Shown here: positions 36,356 through 47,764 of the stretch, piece after piece
Layout: each line of letters begins with the position of its first letter
Numbering within the stretch: position 1 is the stretch's first letter
Source of the DNA: Squalus acanthias
Lineage: Eukaryota
Direction: 5' to 3'
DNA length: 64,000 nt
Assembly: GCA_030390025.1 (NCBI GenBank)
Contig: CM059432.1
Location: forward strand, 64,668,001-64,732,000
Notes under the pieces: model-generated
Seen by the model: only the letters and a program-made list of their open reading frames with translations
Databases searched by the model: none
What the model was told of the DNA's origin: nothing
Made by a program: the position numbers and the translations under genes

Positions 36356-37195
36356 TGGGGGCTGCACAGATTCGGGGCGTCGTCCTGCACCTGCAGAATC
36401 GGAGGCATCAGAGACGCAGAGAGAGAGAGTGGCAAACATGGCCAGGAGGAGGAGGGCCAGTACATCTCTTTCCCCATGACCTGGGCCAAATAGCATGAAC
36501 GCGCATGTGGCTTTGCTAGGATAGTGGGCTTCCCCATGGTGCAGGGCGCCATTGACTGCACACATGTGGCATTGCGGGCACCGCATGAAAATGCAGAGGT
36601 ATTCTGAAACCGCAAGGGCTACCACTCCTTAAATGTGCAGTTGGTCTGTGACCACAGACAGCTCATACTCGCCGTCAATGCCCGTTATACTTGCAGCAGC
36701 CACGATGCTTTCACCCTGCGCCAGACTGGTGTGCCAGACCTTTTCCAGGCACCGCATCACCCAAGTGGATGGCTCCTCAGGGACAAGGGTTATCCACTCT
36801 GCACCTGGCTGATGACACCATTCCGTAACCCCAACACCGCTGCTGAGCTGCGGTACAATGAGAGCCATCTCGCCACCAGGAACATAATTGAGCAGACGAT
36901 CGGCGTGCTCAAGCAACGGTTCCGCTGTCTGGACCACTCAGGAGGAGCCCTGCAGTACTCTCCTGAGCGAGTCTCCCTCTTCATAGTTGTGTGCTGCATG
37001 CTTCACAACCTGGCAATCCTGAGGACCCAGCCAATGCCACCAGGGATTGGTGCACCACCTGAGGAGGAGGAGGAGGAGGAAGAGGAGGAGGAGGATGAGG
37101 AGGAGGATCAGCAGCAGCACCAACGTGGGAGGGAGGCGCACAATGTTGCCACTGCAAGGGCCGTTTGTCAACGGCTAATAACAAGCCGCTTCTAG
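36356..37195 (+). pseudogene. Harbinger transposase (N-terminal deletion near 36459, in-frame stops)
   Basis: [45 protein letters not shown], acidic tail and LITSRF*. Confidence 0.93.
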
Positions 37196-37507
37196 GCCCC
37201 TACTCAGAAGATGGCTTCTGGCATGGAGATCAACATCATGGAAAGCAACCCGCACCCCCTATTGCTGGCCAAAGCTGGAATGATTCCAAAGGCTAAAAAT
37301 GTAAATTTTGAATACAACAACTTTTTTCTTTAACAAACTCTGTGTGTGTCATTTATTCAGGACAAACAATTAGAAACAAACACAACAAATCATGAATTAA
37401 CAGAACTGGTTCTCACAAGCTGGAGATAAACAGCAAAACAGTAAACAAATGTAATCACACGAACCTTGACCTTTACTACAAACATTCCCACCATTTACTT
37501 AGACCTC

Positions 37508-39263
37508 CTACTGTTTGCCCTTCGAGGGTAATCTCCATCCCCAGCGCACTTCACCCCTTCCCACCCTACTGCTCCTCCGTAATGAGGCCCCAGTGGCTGC
37601 AGCAAGGCTGGTGGAAGGATGCTGAATGTCAGATGCAGAGACTACAGATGCCCTTGAAGGATGCCCTTGACCAGCTCTGGGCCTGGAGGCCCCAGCTGCA
37701 GACTGCACCAACTCTGCATGGGCGGCAGCAGTCTGGGCTGGCTGTGTTGCAGGCGGTGGCAAGTGCAATGGGGAAGTGACAGTGGTGGGAGCAGGAATGC
37801 TGTCATCCTGAGAGTGGACAGCACCTCCCTGCTCGACCGACACACTGGCACTCCCACGGGGCTGAACCTCAGCATCCGGAGCAATCTGCTTGAGCACAGA
37901 TTGCTGTCCTGCTGCGGCACCGTGAGAGCCCCGGGACAATGTGGCCGACCCAGCAACGATGGCAGCAGTTAGTGCATGCGTGACATCAATCTGAGACTGC
38001 ATGAGAGCAGTCTGAGATTGGATCGCAGCAGCCAGTGACTGAATTGCAGCAATAAGCCATTGCGTTGCGTCGGCCTGTGCTGCAGCGGAGTGCTCCACAC
38101 TCCTTGCCAGTCCATCAATTCTTTCGGGCACCCTTGCCATTGCAACCATGAGCTCAGTGTGCATGCTCAAGGCCTGGCTATTCATTTCTGCGATGACGCA
38201 CTCCTCCTCTGCTTCCAGTGCAGCAGGACTCGTTGGCCTACTCACCCTCCGGGGAGATGGCCCCCGAGCTTCCCTACCCCCATGGTGTTGCTGCAGCCCG
38301 CTGGGTCCCGGAGCTTCGTCCTCATCAGACCCTACCCCCTGCTCCCCTCCAGGGAAGGCGTGGTCCCAGTGTGGGCTCCCTCAGGAGACGCAGGCGCTGA
38401 GGCTCCAGCTTCCTCTTCCTCCTCACCTGGGGCGTCGCTGCCACTGGTTGGTTGAGGGACAGGCTGGTCAGCTGGTGGCTCACTATCTGAAAGCAGGGAG
38501 GTACAAGAGTGGCTTTAGCGTCAGGACAGGGGACAGTAAGGGAGCAAGGGAGACATTTAGTAAGTTGGATTGAAAGTGTAAAAGGCTGGTGTTGTGAGGG
38601 GCAAGTGGAATGAGAGAGGAGAGAAAGCTGATGAACTTACCATTGCTGTCCCCAAGGGGGTCGACCTCTCCAGCAGCCACGGCAACAATCACCTGGCTGG
38701 CAATAATCCTGTGCACGCGTGCCTCCAAATCGCTGAGGGTCTGCAGCTCAGCCGGTCCTCCACCCGTGCATTGCTGCTCCCGCCTGTTATGAGAGAGCTT
38801 GGCCTGCAAGAAAAAGGACAGCGTCTGAGTGAATGTGCAGCCATGTGCTTGCTTGATGTGCCTCCCATAGTTGAATAGCCCTTAATGTATGCAAGGTGTG
38901 GAATGTGCGTGTGTGTTCTATGAGATGGCCATAGGTCTCTGATGAGTATTGGGCATTTGGGGTTTTTAAACCCTCTGGGCACAGAGTGAAGTTGAGATGT
39001 AGAGGTATTGAAAAGCAGCCACTCACCCTGACCACCCGAGTGAGGTCGTTGAACTTCTTCCGACATTGGGTGTGGGTCCTGGGCACCATGCTCATGGAGG
39101 AGATGTGCTGAGCCACCTCCCTCCAGACTCTTCTGGATTCGCGTGGCAATGGCCTCCTGCCACTCTGTGGGTAGAGTACTGCCCTTCGCCGCTCCACAGC
39201 ACCAAACAGAGCCACCAAGGCCCGGTCGCTGAAGCGCTGAGCTCTTTTCCTGGGCCTCTCCAT
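37508..39263 (-). pseudogene. Harbinger Myb/SANT-like protein gene, 3 exons (39263-39027, 38803-38641, 38486-37508)
   Basis: RFSDRALVALF..WREVAQ..RTHTQCRKKFNDL. Canonical GT-AG sites. Exon sizes 237 and 163 nt match the 44.5-kb copy. 1-bp frameshift near 38335. Confidence 0.92.
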
Positions 39264-39774
39264 TGTTGTTTCCAGCAGAATTGATGTACAGGTCTCTCCA
39301 GGCCAAGATTCAAGGCTGCAATGAGTGTGGCTGGAGAGCAAGATTGACCCTCCCCTTTAAGAACTGGCCAGCGCCAGTCTGTCTGTGTTCCATAGCTAAC
39401 TGACATCACCTGAGCTTCGCCAGCGCTCCGAGGTAACGCCTCGCTCCTCGGTGTTAGCGCCTTCAGAGAGGTGTGTAGTGCCTGATTTAGCGCTCAAATC
39501 ACCTCCAGGAGCGATAGAGGCCAAGTTTGCAGTCGGAGGCGATAATTAGCGCCAGGCGCTAAACTTTGCGACTGGCCGATAATTGCACCCCAAACGGGGC
39601 GATACCGAATTTCTCCCCCATTAAGTCGCAACACAAAAGGAGATTGAATCCTCTGTAATTTGGGCTCTGAAATTACACTGAATAAATTGGTTAAAATCTG
39701 TGAAAACAGTAGACAAAGGAATTACAGTTTGTACATTAATATTCACACAAGTGTAATATCAAGGCCCCTATATT

Positions 39775-39970
39775 GGTCAATATTTATCCCTCACCAACCT
39801 AACTGAAACAGATTACCTGGTCATTATCTCATTGTGTTGGTGTGACATTGCTGTATGTAAAATGGCTGCCGTGTTTCCCTACATTACAAGAATACTTTAT
39901 TGGCTGTAAAGCACTTTGAGACGTCCTACGGTTGCGATAGGTGCTATATAAATTCAAGTTCTTTCTTACT
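39775..39970 (+). mobile_element. Deu-domain SINE 3' fragment
   Basis: Reverse-complement homology to 33260-33470. Confidence 0.75.
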
Positions 39971-40864
39971 ATATCTGCCTTTCAGTTTTGCACAATTAAT
40001 TGTTGTGTGCTCCATTGTGATGCATGGAGAAATAAAACTGAGAACTAAAGATGTTGTGATAAATGCGAAACTTGGTACCAGGAGGTATAAAGACAAACAT
40101 TTACATAAGTCATTGCAAGTCACAACTTCAACATTCAATTTGACTGGGGTCTTTCCTAAAGAAGAGTGCAGTAAATGATTATTATTTGACAATGTATTTT
40201 GCAGTCTCTACAATTTTAATCAGAACTTCCTAAAAGCTTTTCTCTCCCAGTGTAATTGGATTTTTTAAAGCGCAATGTCACATTAAGTAAGAGCTGCAAT
40301 ATCCAATTAGCTTGATGCCTTCTACAGTTGAATGAGCAAGATTTGCTCTATCTTGACGGATAATGAAAGTATTGAAAATGAAATGGAGTGGATCCTACTT
40401 TAACAAACTGAGTTAAAATTAAAGTAGTACATTATTTTCCAGATCATTTGCATTTAATTTAATGACAACAATTCTGCTTTGAATTCGCCTTAATTTATCA
40501 TAATTTAAAATTGGGAATGGACATTTATTAAAATGTATTATGCAAACATGATATAACCTGGGATAAGTATTAGGGTAGAAGCAGCAGTCAGCATTGTATT
40601 TATACAAACCATTGTAATAAATTCCTTAAAAACAAACTGCAGCTGTTAGAATCATACAACCATAAAAGTTTACAACAAATAAAAAGGCTATTTGGTCCAT
40701 TCTTTCTGTGCTAGCTCTATATTAAAACAATTTAAAAACTATTCTCACTGCCCTGCTCTCGCTCCATAGTCCTGCATCTTCCTTTGCTTCAAACATATAT
40801 AGAAATTTTCCCTTAAAGATGCAATGGTCTCTGCTTCAACCACTGCCTTTAATAAAGCATCCTG

Positions 40865-41575
40865 GGCAGGCATTTCTGTTGGGTTTTGTTGGTTTTTTTC
40901 AGTTCAATTTGGCCGAAATTGAACTAATCAGCGCAAGAAATTGTGACATTTTAAGCGCAGAGGTTACGTGATCTTTTTCGCTAGTTTAGAAAACATTGCG
41001 CTATATATCAGCCCCATCCACGGAACAGGCCACACCCCCATATCAAATTAATCTCCATTGAGCGTTTCGACTAGTTGTTCCCGTTTGCGGGTTTCGAGGA
41101 GGCTCTTAAAATGAATCTGGGTTATTTTTGGAGCAAGGACACTAATAGGCACATTATCAAAGATTTTAAATACAATTGTTTTCAATCTACTTAGAAACTG
41201 ACTACTGTACACCAATATAACTCGCAAATGGTTCTGTAGAGTTTTTTTAAAAGTCATTTTCAGTTATTTAAAAAATCGGGTTACTTGCAGGTGGTGGATT
41301 AAAATTTTTAATTTTTTGTGATAAACCCATTTTCAGCTGTATTAATAAAACTGCACCAGGTTACCACTCTTAAATATATCAAGGAATATTTCTTTTAAAT
41401 GCAATTTTTTTTAAAAATTACATACTAAAACACTGCTTTATTGCGCTGGTTAATGGCAGATTTTACGTTCGGTGATATGCAAATGAGTTTGAGCGGAAAC
41501 TTGAGAAAAAAATCACTTCTCAAAACGAGTGCAATTTGCGTCCGGATTGCGCACAAAGCAGAAACTCTGGGCCCC
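40865..41575. mobile_element. MITE-like element with AT-rich core
   Basis: CpG-containing arms flank an AT-rich middle. Ends GGGCAGGCATTTCTG / CAGAAACTCTGGGCCC. Boundaries approximate. Confidence 0.45.
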
Positions 41576-41734
41576 TGTGTGTAACAAAATGTTTTCACTC
41601 TTTAGTTAACAAAGTGGCCAACTTTAAATTTTTTTCCCCAACGTGAGGTGGTGGTGTATTTAGATTTTAGAACCCGTAACAATGCAATACCTTGTTAGAA
41701 GCAGATAAATATTTGTACCATAAATTAAAATATT

Positions 41735-43240
41735 GGCCTGTATTTTCCAATGCCTACAGGGGTGTACGGGCTGTGTATACATCCATAGGGACATCGGAAA
41801 TGCCGGTTTCATGCGCTGAAAACCGGCATTTTCGATCTGTCAAGAATCCTCTTGACAGATCGGACGCCTGCCCTGGAGAAGGGCCTCTGTGGGGGGAGAG
41901 TTCCGCTTTCTCCAGAACCTCCGCCCGCTGAAAACCCTTAGAAATCTTACGCCTGGTAAAAGCAGGCGTAAGGCCTGCTTTTACCAGCATAAGGGGGAAA
42001 AATTCAGCTGCTTGCGCCTCCCGTTAGCGCCTTAAGAGGGCGCTAATGGGGCGTAAAGCAGCTAACGCCCGGGCGCAGCGCCGCCCACGCCTCCCGAAAA
42101 ATTTAGTGGGAGGTTAGCGGCGGCGGCAGCCGGTAGCGCCCTGTGGCGCTGCGCCGCCGGCGATGACGTCATCGCCGTGCGCAGCGCCCCGCTCGCGCCC
42201 CGGCCGTGATCTTCAGTCGCGCCCCCTGATTTACCGCCAGACGCTATGTCCGACGGGTTCAGGGAGGCGTACGTGCGGCCGGGGCAGCGATATTTAAAGG
42301 GGAGGTGGCAGGCGGCCATTTTTGTTGCTGGCCGCCTGCCAGCACCTGCCCCCGTTGCTGTCCCCGGCCCCCGTGAAGCCCCCCCACCGTGAAGTGCCGG
42401 CTGCGCTCCATGAGCCCGGCACTTCTCTTGAGTGCCGGGCTCTTTTGCCGGCACTCCCGATCCCTGGGGGCCCAGCTGGGCCCCGGTTCGCGCTGCGCAA
42501 GGCCCCTCCCCTTTAAGAAGGGGAGGAAGGCCTGCAATACCGCGGCGCGACGTGCCGCAGCGCCGTAGCGCCAGGATATTCACTCGCAGCGCCCCAAGAG
42601 GGATGCGGGGTGCTTCCAGTTGCGCCCCGCTTCCCTCTTGGGGCGCAACCACTGAAGTTCCGGCGCGGGGCCGCTAATTTTTTCGGGGCGCTAAAAGTCG
42701 CGCCCCGGCGAGGTTAGCGCCCCAAATGGGGCGCGACTCAATTTTTACCCCTAAGAGTTTAAAAAAGTCCAAAAAAAAAAATTCAATCATTTATAATTTA
42801 AAAATACTTTTAAAAAAGGTAAGTTTATTTTTAGCCCTGTAAAAAACTTAAATTACTTTTTTCAAAAAATTTAATTTTTGTTTAAAATATTTAATTTAAT
42901 GCAATTTTAACTCATTTTAAAAACGTGATAGTTTTTTAAAAATGTATTAAATGTTTTAGTGTCTTTTTTTGGTGATCTCCATTCATACTTTTGACAGGTC
43001 TATCTGTCAAAAGTATGAAGGGAGATTCCCTTCTTTCATTGGTTCGCCTGGCCCACGTGATCCCAGGGACGTTTGCGAACTGCATGCGCCCCTGGGATAC
43101 GTGGGCCCTGCGCATTTCGACTGTGGGGAGGCCCAGGAGCGGAAGTGTCCGGACCTCGGGGGCCCTCAGGTGAGTGCGTAGATTTTTTTCCGATAGGAGG
43201 CACCCGCACGCAGGAAGCCTCCTATCGGAAATTACGGGCC
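41735..43240. mobile_element. MITE family C hosting a nested family B MITE
   Basis: TIRs GGCCTGTATTTTCC / GGAAATTACGGGCC. ATT duplicated at 41732-41734 and 43241-43243. Confidence 0.88.
41993..42751. mobile_element. GC-rich Harbinger MITE (family B), young
   Basis: TIRs GGGGGAAAAATTCAG / CTCAATTTTTACCCC. TAA duplicated at 41990-41992 and 42752-42754. Ends nearly identical to those of 44147-48276. CpG-rich. Confidence 0.95.
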
Positions 43241-44504
43241 ATTAAGTTATTTAAATACTGATAGTAAAATAAATTGCACCTGATTTTCAAGTTTAGGTAT
43301 ATGGAGAAGTGTAAATTCAGAACAGCTTTACAAGGTTCAGCTGATATCATAAAGTATGACAGAGCAAAATAATCTATTTCTCTTGATCTTAAAAGTGCAT
43401 TCCACCCTAAAGAATACACAGATATTTCCTGTCTTATTTTTTTTATTGCTCGGTGAATTCTTGTGATGAATGTCAGCGGTGCAGGTGGAAGATCCTGTCA
43501 CAGTCTGAACCCTTCATTATCAAATTGTTTCAGGTCAAGTACAGCAAGTATCAACAGTTAAACTATTCTGCCCCAGCAATTAATCCCAACCTCAGAAGTA
43601 ATAATTACTGCACCAGCACAATATTTTCTATTTCCCACAGCAGCCACTGTAACAGTCAGCTTGAATGAGTTTGCCATATTTAGTGCTAATTTGTTCCAGA
43701 TTGAGTAGTTTTGTGATGTGATCTCATGCTTATTGTAACTGGGCTGAGACAGGAGAGGTGATCAGGAGCAGGCTCTCGGGCAGATGTTTCCCTGTGTCCT
43801 GTCCAGAAATACTGAGGTAAACTACAGCATCTTTTCACCTCAGTCAAATTCTTTGAGCCTATTGTGCACTCAGCAATCACTGGGGTCAGTTTCCTCAGAG
43901 ATTGCCCTTATTTCACTTGCTACGGCTTCATTCTATTGTTTTGTCACCAAACAAATACAAATGGTTTGGCTTTACATTATAACAGTGACTACACTTCAAA
44001 ATTACAAAGCACTTTTGGACATCCTAAGGTCGTGAAAAGCGCTTTATAAATACAAGTCTTTCTTTTCTTTAATGCCGTTGGGTTAGAGTTTCGTCTTGTG
44101 TTCAAGAGATTATGGGCGCAAAATTCGGGGGGGACGCTAACTTTTAGGGGTAGAAATTAGGTCGCGCCCCATTTGGGGCGCAAATATCGTCTGGACGCAA
44201 ATATTAGCGCCTGGCGCTAATTATCGGCACTGACAGGAAACTTCACTTTTACCGCCCCGGGAGGTGAGTGGAGCGCTAAAGCAGGCGCTGCACACCTGTC
44301 TTAAGGCGCAAAGGCCAAGGAGTGAGGCGCTAACTCAGCGCGCGAGCGCAGCGCAGCTGCTGCCAGTTAGCAAGGGAACACAGACACACTGGCGCCGGAC
44401 ACTTCTTAAAGCGGGGGGGGCCACTTGCTCACCAGCCACACCCTGCTCATTGCAGCCTTGAATCTCAGCCTGGAGAGACCTGTGAATCCATTTTGCTGCC
44501 AAGC

Positions 44505-46323
44505 ATGGAGAGGGTGAGAGAACGCGCTCATCGCTTCAGCGAGCGGGCCTTGGATGCTCTGGTTGGCGCAGTGGAGCGCAGACGATGTATGCTCTTCCCT
44601 GAGAGTGGCAGAAGGCCTTTGCCACGCGAGTTCAGAAGAGTGTGGAGGGAGGTGGCTCAGAGCGTCTCCTCCAGGAGCATGGTGCCCAGGACCCATACTC
44701 AATGCCGCAAAAAGTTCAACGACCTCACTCGGGTCGTCAGGGTGAGTGGCTTTTTCTCAATACCTCTCCATCCCTCCATCTCAACCTCACTCTATGGCCA
44801 GAGGGTCTTAAAACCCCAATGCACAACACTCATCCAACACCTATGGCCCTTTCATCAAACACACACACACATTCCACACTTTGCATACAGTAAGGGCTAT
44901 TCACCTATGGGAGGCACATCAGGCAAGACCATGGCTGCATATTGTAAGGGCTATTCACCTATGGGAGGCACATCAGGCAAGACCATGGCTGCATATTTAC
45001 TCAGATGCTGTCCTTTTTCTTGCAGGCTAAGCTGGATCATAATAGGAGACAGCAGCAACGGACAGGTGGAGGGCGGCTTCAGCTGCAACCCCTCAGCGAT
45101 CTGGAGGAGCGCGTCCACAGGATTGTGGCAAGCCGGGTGATCGGTCCCGTCGCCACTGGAGACGCCGACCCCGTTGTGGACAGCAATGGTAAGGTCATCA
45201 CCTTTTTGTCCTCTGTCCTTCCACTTGTCCCTCACAACACCAGCCTTTGACACTTTCAATCCAACTTGCTAACTCGCTGCACTTATTCCTCCCTTACTGC
45301 CACCCTGTCCTCACGCTAAAGCCACTCTTGTACCTCCCTGCTTTCAGATAGTGATTCACCAGCTGAGGAGACGGGCCCTGAAGCTGCCACTGGGAGTGAT
45401 GCTGCAGCTGAGGAGGAAGAGGAAGCCAGAGCATCAGTGCCACCCTCTCCCGAGGAAGCCCATGCCCACACTGGGAACACGCCTTCCCCGGAGGGGAGCA
45501 GGGGGGAAGGGGCTGATGATGGTGAAGCTCCAGGACCCAGCGGTCTGCAGCAACGCCATGGGGGGGGGGGTAGGGAAGAACGGGGGCCTTCTCCCCAGAG
45601 GGAGAGTATGCCAGACACTCCTACTGCAATGGACGCAGAGGAGGAGCGGCTGATTGCAGAAATGAACACCCAGGCATGCACACTGAGCTCATGGGTGCAG
45701 TGGGAAGGGTGCCCGAATGCATTGAGTCACTGGCAAGGAGTGTGGAGCACTTCGCTGTAGCACAGACGGATGCCACACTAACGCTTAGTGCTGCAATTCA
45801 GTCACTGGCTGCCGTGATCCCACCTCTGACTGCTCTCATACAGACTCAGATGGAGGCCACGCGAGCACAGACTGCTGCCAACCTCGATGGTTCATGCACA
45901 TGTCCCCGGGGCTGTCACCGCGCCGCAGCAGGCCAGCAATCTGTTCTCCGGCAGATTGCTCCGGATGCTGAAGTGCTGCCCCGTGGGAGTGCCAGTGTGT
46001 CGGGCGAGCAGGGAGTTGCTGTCCTCTCTCACGATGACAGCATTCCTGCTGCCAACACTGTCACTTCTCCACTGCACTTGCCACCGCCTGTAGGACAGAC
46101 TGCTGCCGCCCATGCAGAGTTGGTGCAGTCTGCAGCCGGGCCCTCCAGGCCCAGAAGTGGTCGAGGCCGTCCTTCAGGGGCATCTGCAGTGTCAGGGTCT
46201 GACGAGCAGCAGCCTTCCACCAGCCTTGCTGCAGCCACTGAGGTCCCATTACGGAGGAGCAGTAGGGTTAGAAGGGGGGAAGTGCGCAAGGGAAGGAGAT
46301 CACCCTCGAAGGGCAAAAAGTAG
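44505..46323 (+). pseudogene. Harbinger Myb/SANT-like protein gene, 3 exons (44505-44741, 45026-45188, 45348-46323)
   Basis: MERVRERAHRFSERALDALV..WREVAQ..QCRKKFNDL with canonical splice sites. Single 7-bp deletion near 45676 relative to the 49.9-kb copy (CAGGCA[GTGGACA]TGCAC). Confidence 0.93.
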
Positions 46324-46602
46324 GAGGTGTGACAAAATGCTGGTCATTTTTTTATTAAAGGCCGAGGTTCATGGTCCAACTTTTGTTTAGTGTTTTGGAC
46401 ATTATCTCCAGGTTGTGAGAACCAGTTATGTTATTGACTGTTTTTTTGTGTTTATTTCTATGAGTTTGTCATGAGGAATTGACACACACAGAGTTTGTAA
46501 AATAAATAAGTTTCTGTATTCAAAATATACATGGCTGGTGGTTGGAATTATTGGTGCCTTGGCCGGCTGGGTTGATTAGTGTTTGTAGCAATGGCAGGGG
46601 CC

Positions 46603-47764
46603 CTAGAAGCGGCTTGCTATTAGTCGTTGACGGACGGCCCTTGCAGTTTGACCATTGTGGGCCGCCCTCCCGCCTTGGTGCTGCTGATGATCATCGTCCT
46701 CGTCCTCTTCCTCCTCTTCCTCCTCCTCCTCTGGTGGTGCTACAAGGCCTGGTGGCATTGGCTGGGTCCTGAGGATTGCCATGTTGTGCAACATGCAGCA
46801 CACGACTACGAAGTTCGAAACTTGCTCAGGCGAGTACTGCAGGGCTCCTCCGGAATGGTCCAGACAGCGGAACCGTTGTTTCAGCACGCCGATTGTGCGC
46901 TCAATAATGTTCCTGGTTGCTTGATGGCTTTCATTGTACCGCAGCTCAGCAGGGGTGTTTGGCGTACGGAGCGGTGTCATCAGCCAGGTGCTCAATGCGT
47001 ACCCCTTGTCCCCCAGAAGCCAACCAACTGGCTGATGCGGTGCCTCGAAAACTTCTGCCACAGTAGTCTGGCGCAGGATGAAAGCATCGTGGCAGCTGCC
47101 CGGATAGTGGGCATTGACAGCGAGTATCACCTGTCTGTGGTCACAGACCAACTGCACATTCAAGGAATGGAACCCCTTTCTGTTCCTGAATTCCTCTGCA
47201 TTCTCTCGCGGAGCACGCAAAGCCCAGAGGGGTGCAGTCAATGGCGCCCTGCACCATGGGGAAGCCCGCTACCCTCGCAAAGCCCAGAGCACGGTCACGC
47301 TGCTTGTCTGGGGTCATAGGGAAAGAGATGAAGTCTCGTCTCCTTCTGAAGAGGGCATTGGTGACCTGCCGGATGCAGCGATGCACTGCAAACTGGGAGA
47401 TATTGGCGAGGTCCCCAACAGCAGCTTGGAATGAGCCAGTGGCGTAGAAGTTCAAAGCCACTGTGACCTTCACTGCCACCGACAGAGACATCCTGGACCT
47501 CAGTTGAGGCTGCAGATCTGGCTGCAGCAGGTGGCAGAGCTCAGTGACCACCTCCTTGCTGAATCGCAGCCTTCGCAAACACAGCTCCTCGGACATATGG
47601 ATGTAGGAGAGCTGTTCACGATATACCCTGGGAGGGTAAGCTCTCCTGTACATGCGCCTGATAGCCCTCCTCCGTCTGGCCATCATTGCCACTCTCTGTC
47701 TGCGTCTCTGTATCCTCCGATTCAGCTGGAGCAGGACGACGCCCCCAATCAGTGCAGCCCCCAT
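46603..47764 (-). pseudogene. Harbinger DDE transposase, full length with one frameshift near 47225
   Basis: ORFs 47141-47833 and 46603-47241 together give [64 protein letters not shown] and CCMLHN. Confidence 0.95.

Larger units (their letters stand above)
35912..39619. mobile_element. Harbinger transposon, both ends intact (family B copy 1, 3.7 kb)
   Basis: TIRs GGGGGAAAAATTCGGT / ACCGAATTTCTCCCCC. ATT duplicated at 35909-35911 and 39620-39622. Convergent transposase and Myb genes. Confidence 0.95.

Noticed and set aside
40270..40395. Short minus-strand open frame after an AG (DPLHFIFN...STVEGIK) as a possible TIR exon
   Set aside because: Weak acceptor, no GT donor before the stop, and no TIR motifs.
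46603..47764. Domesticated HARBI1 / NAIF1 host genes
   Set aside because: Multiple copies with TIRs, TSDs and disabling mutations show these are transposon copies, so no gene symbol was assigned.
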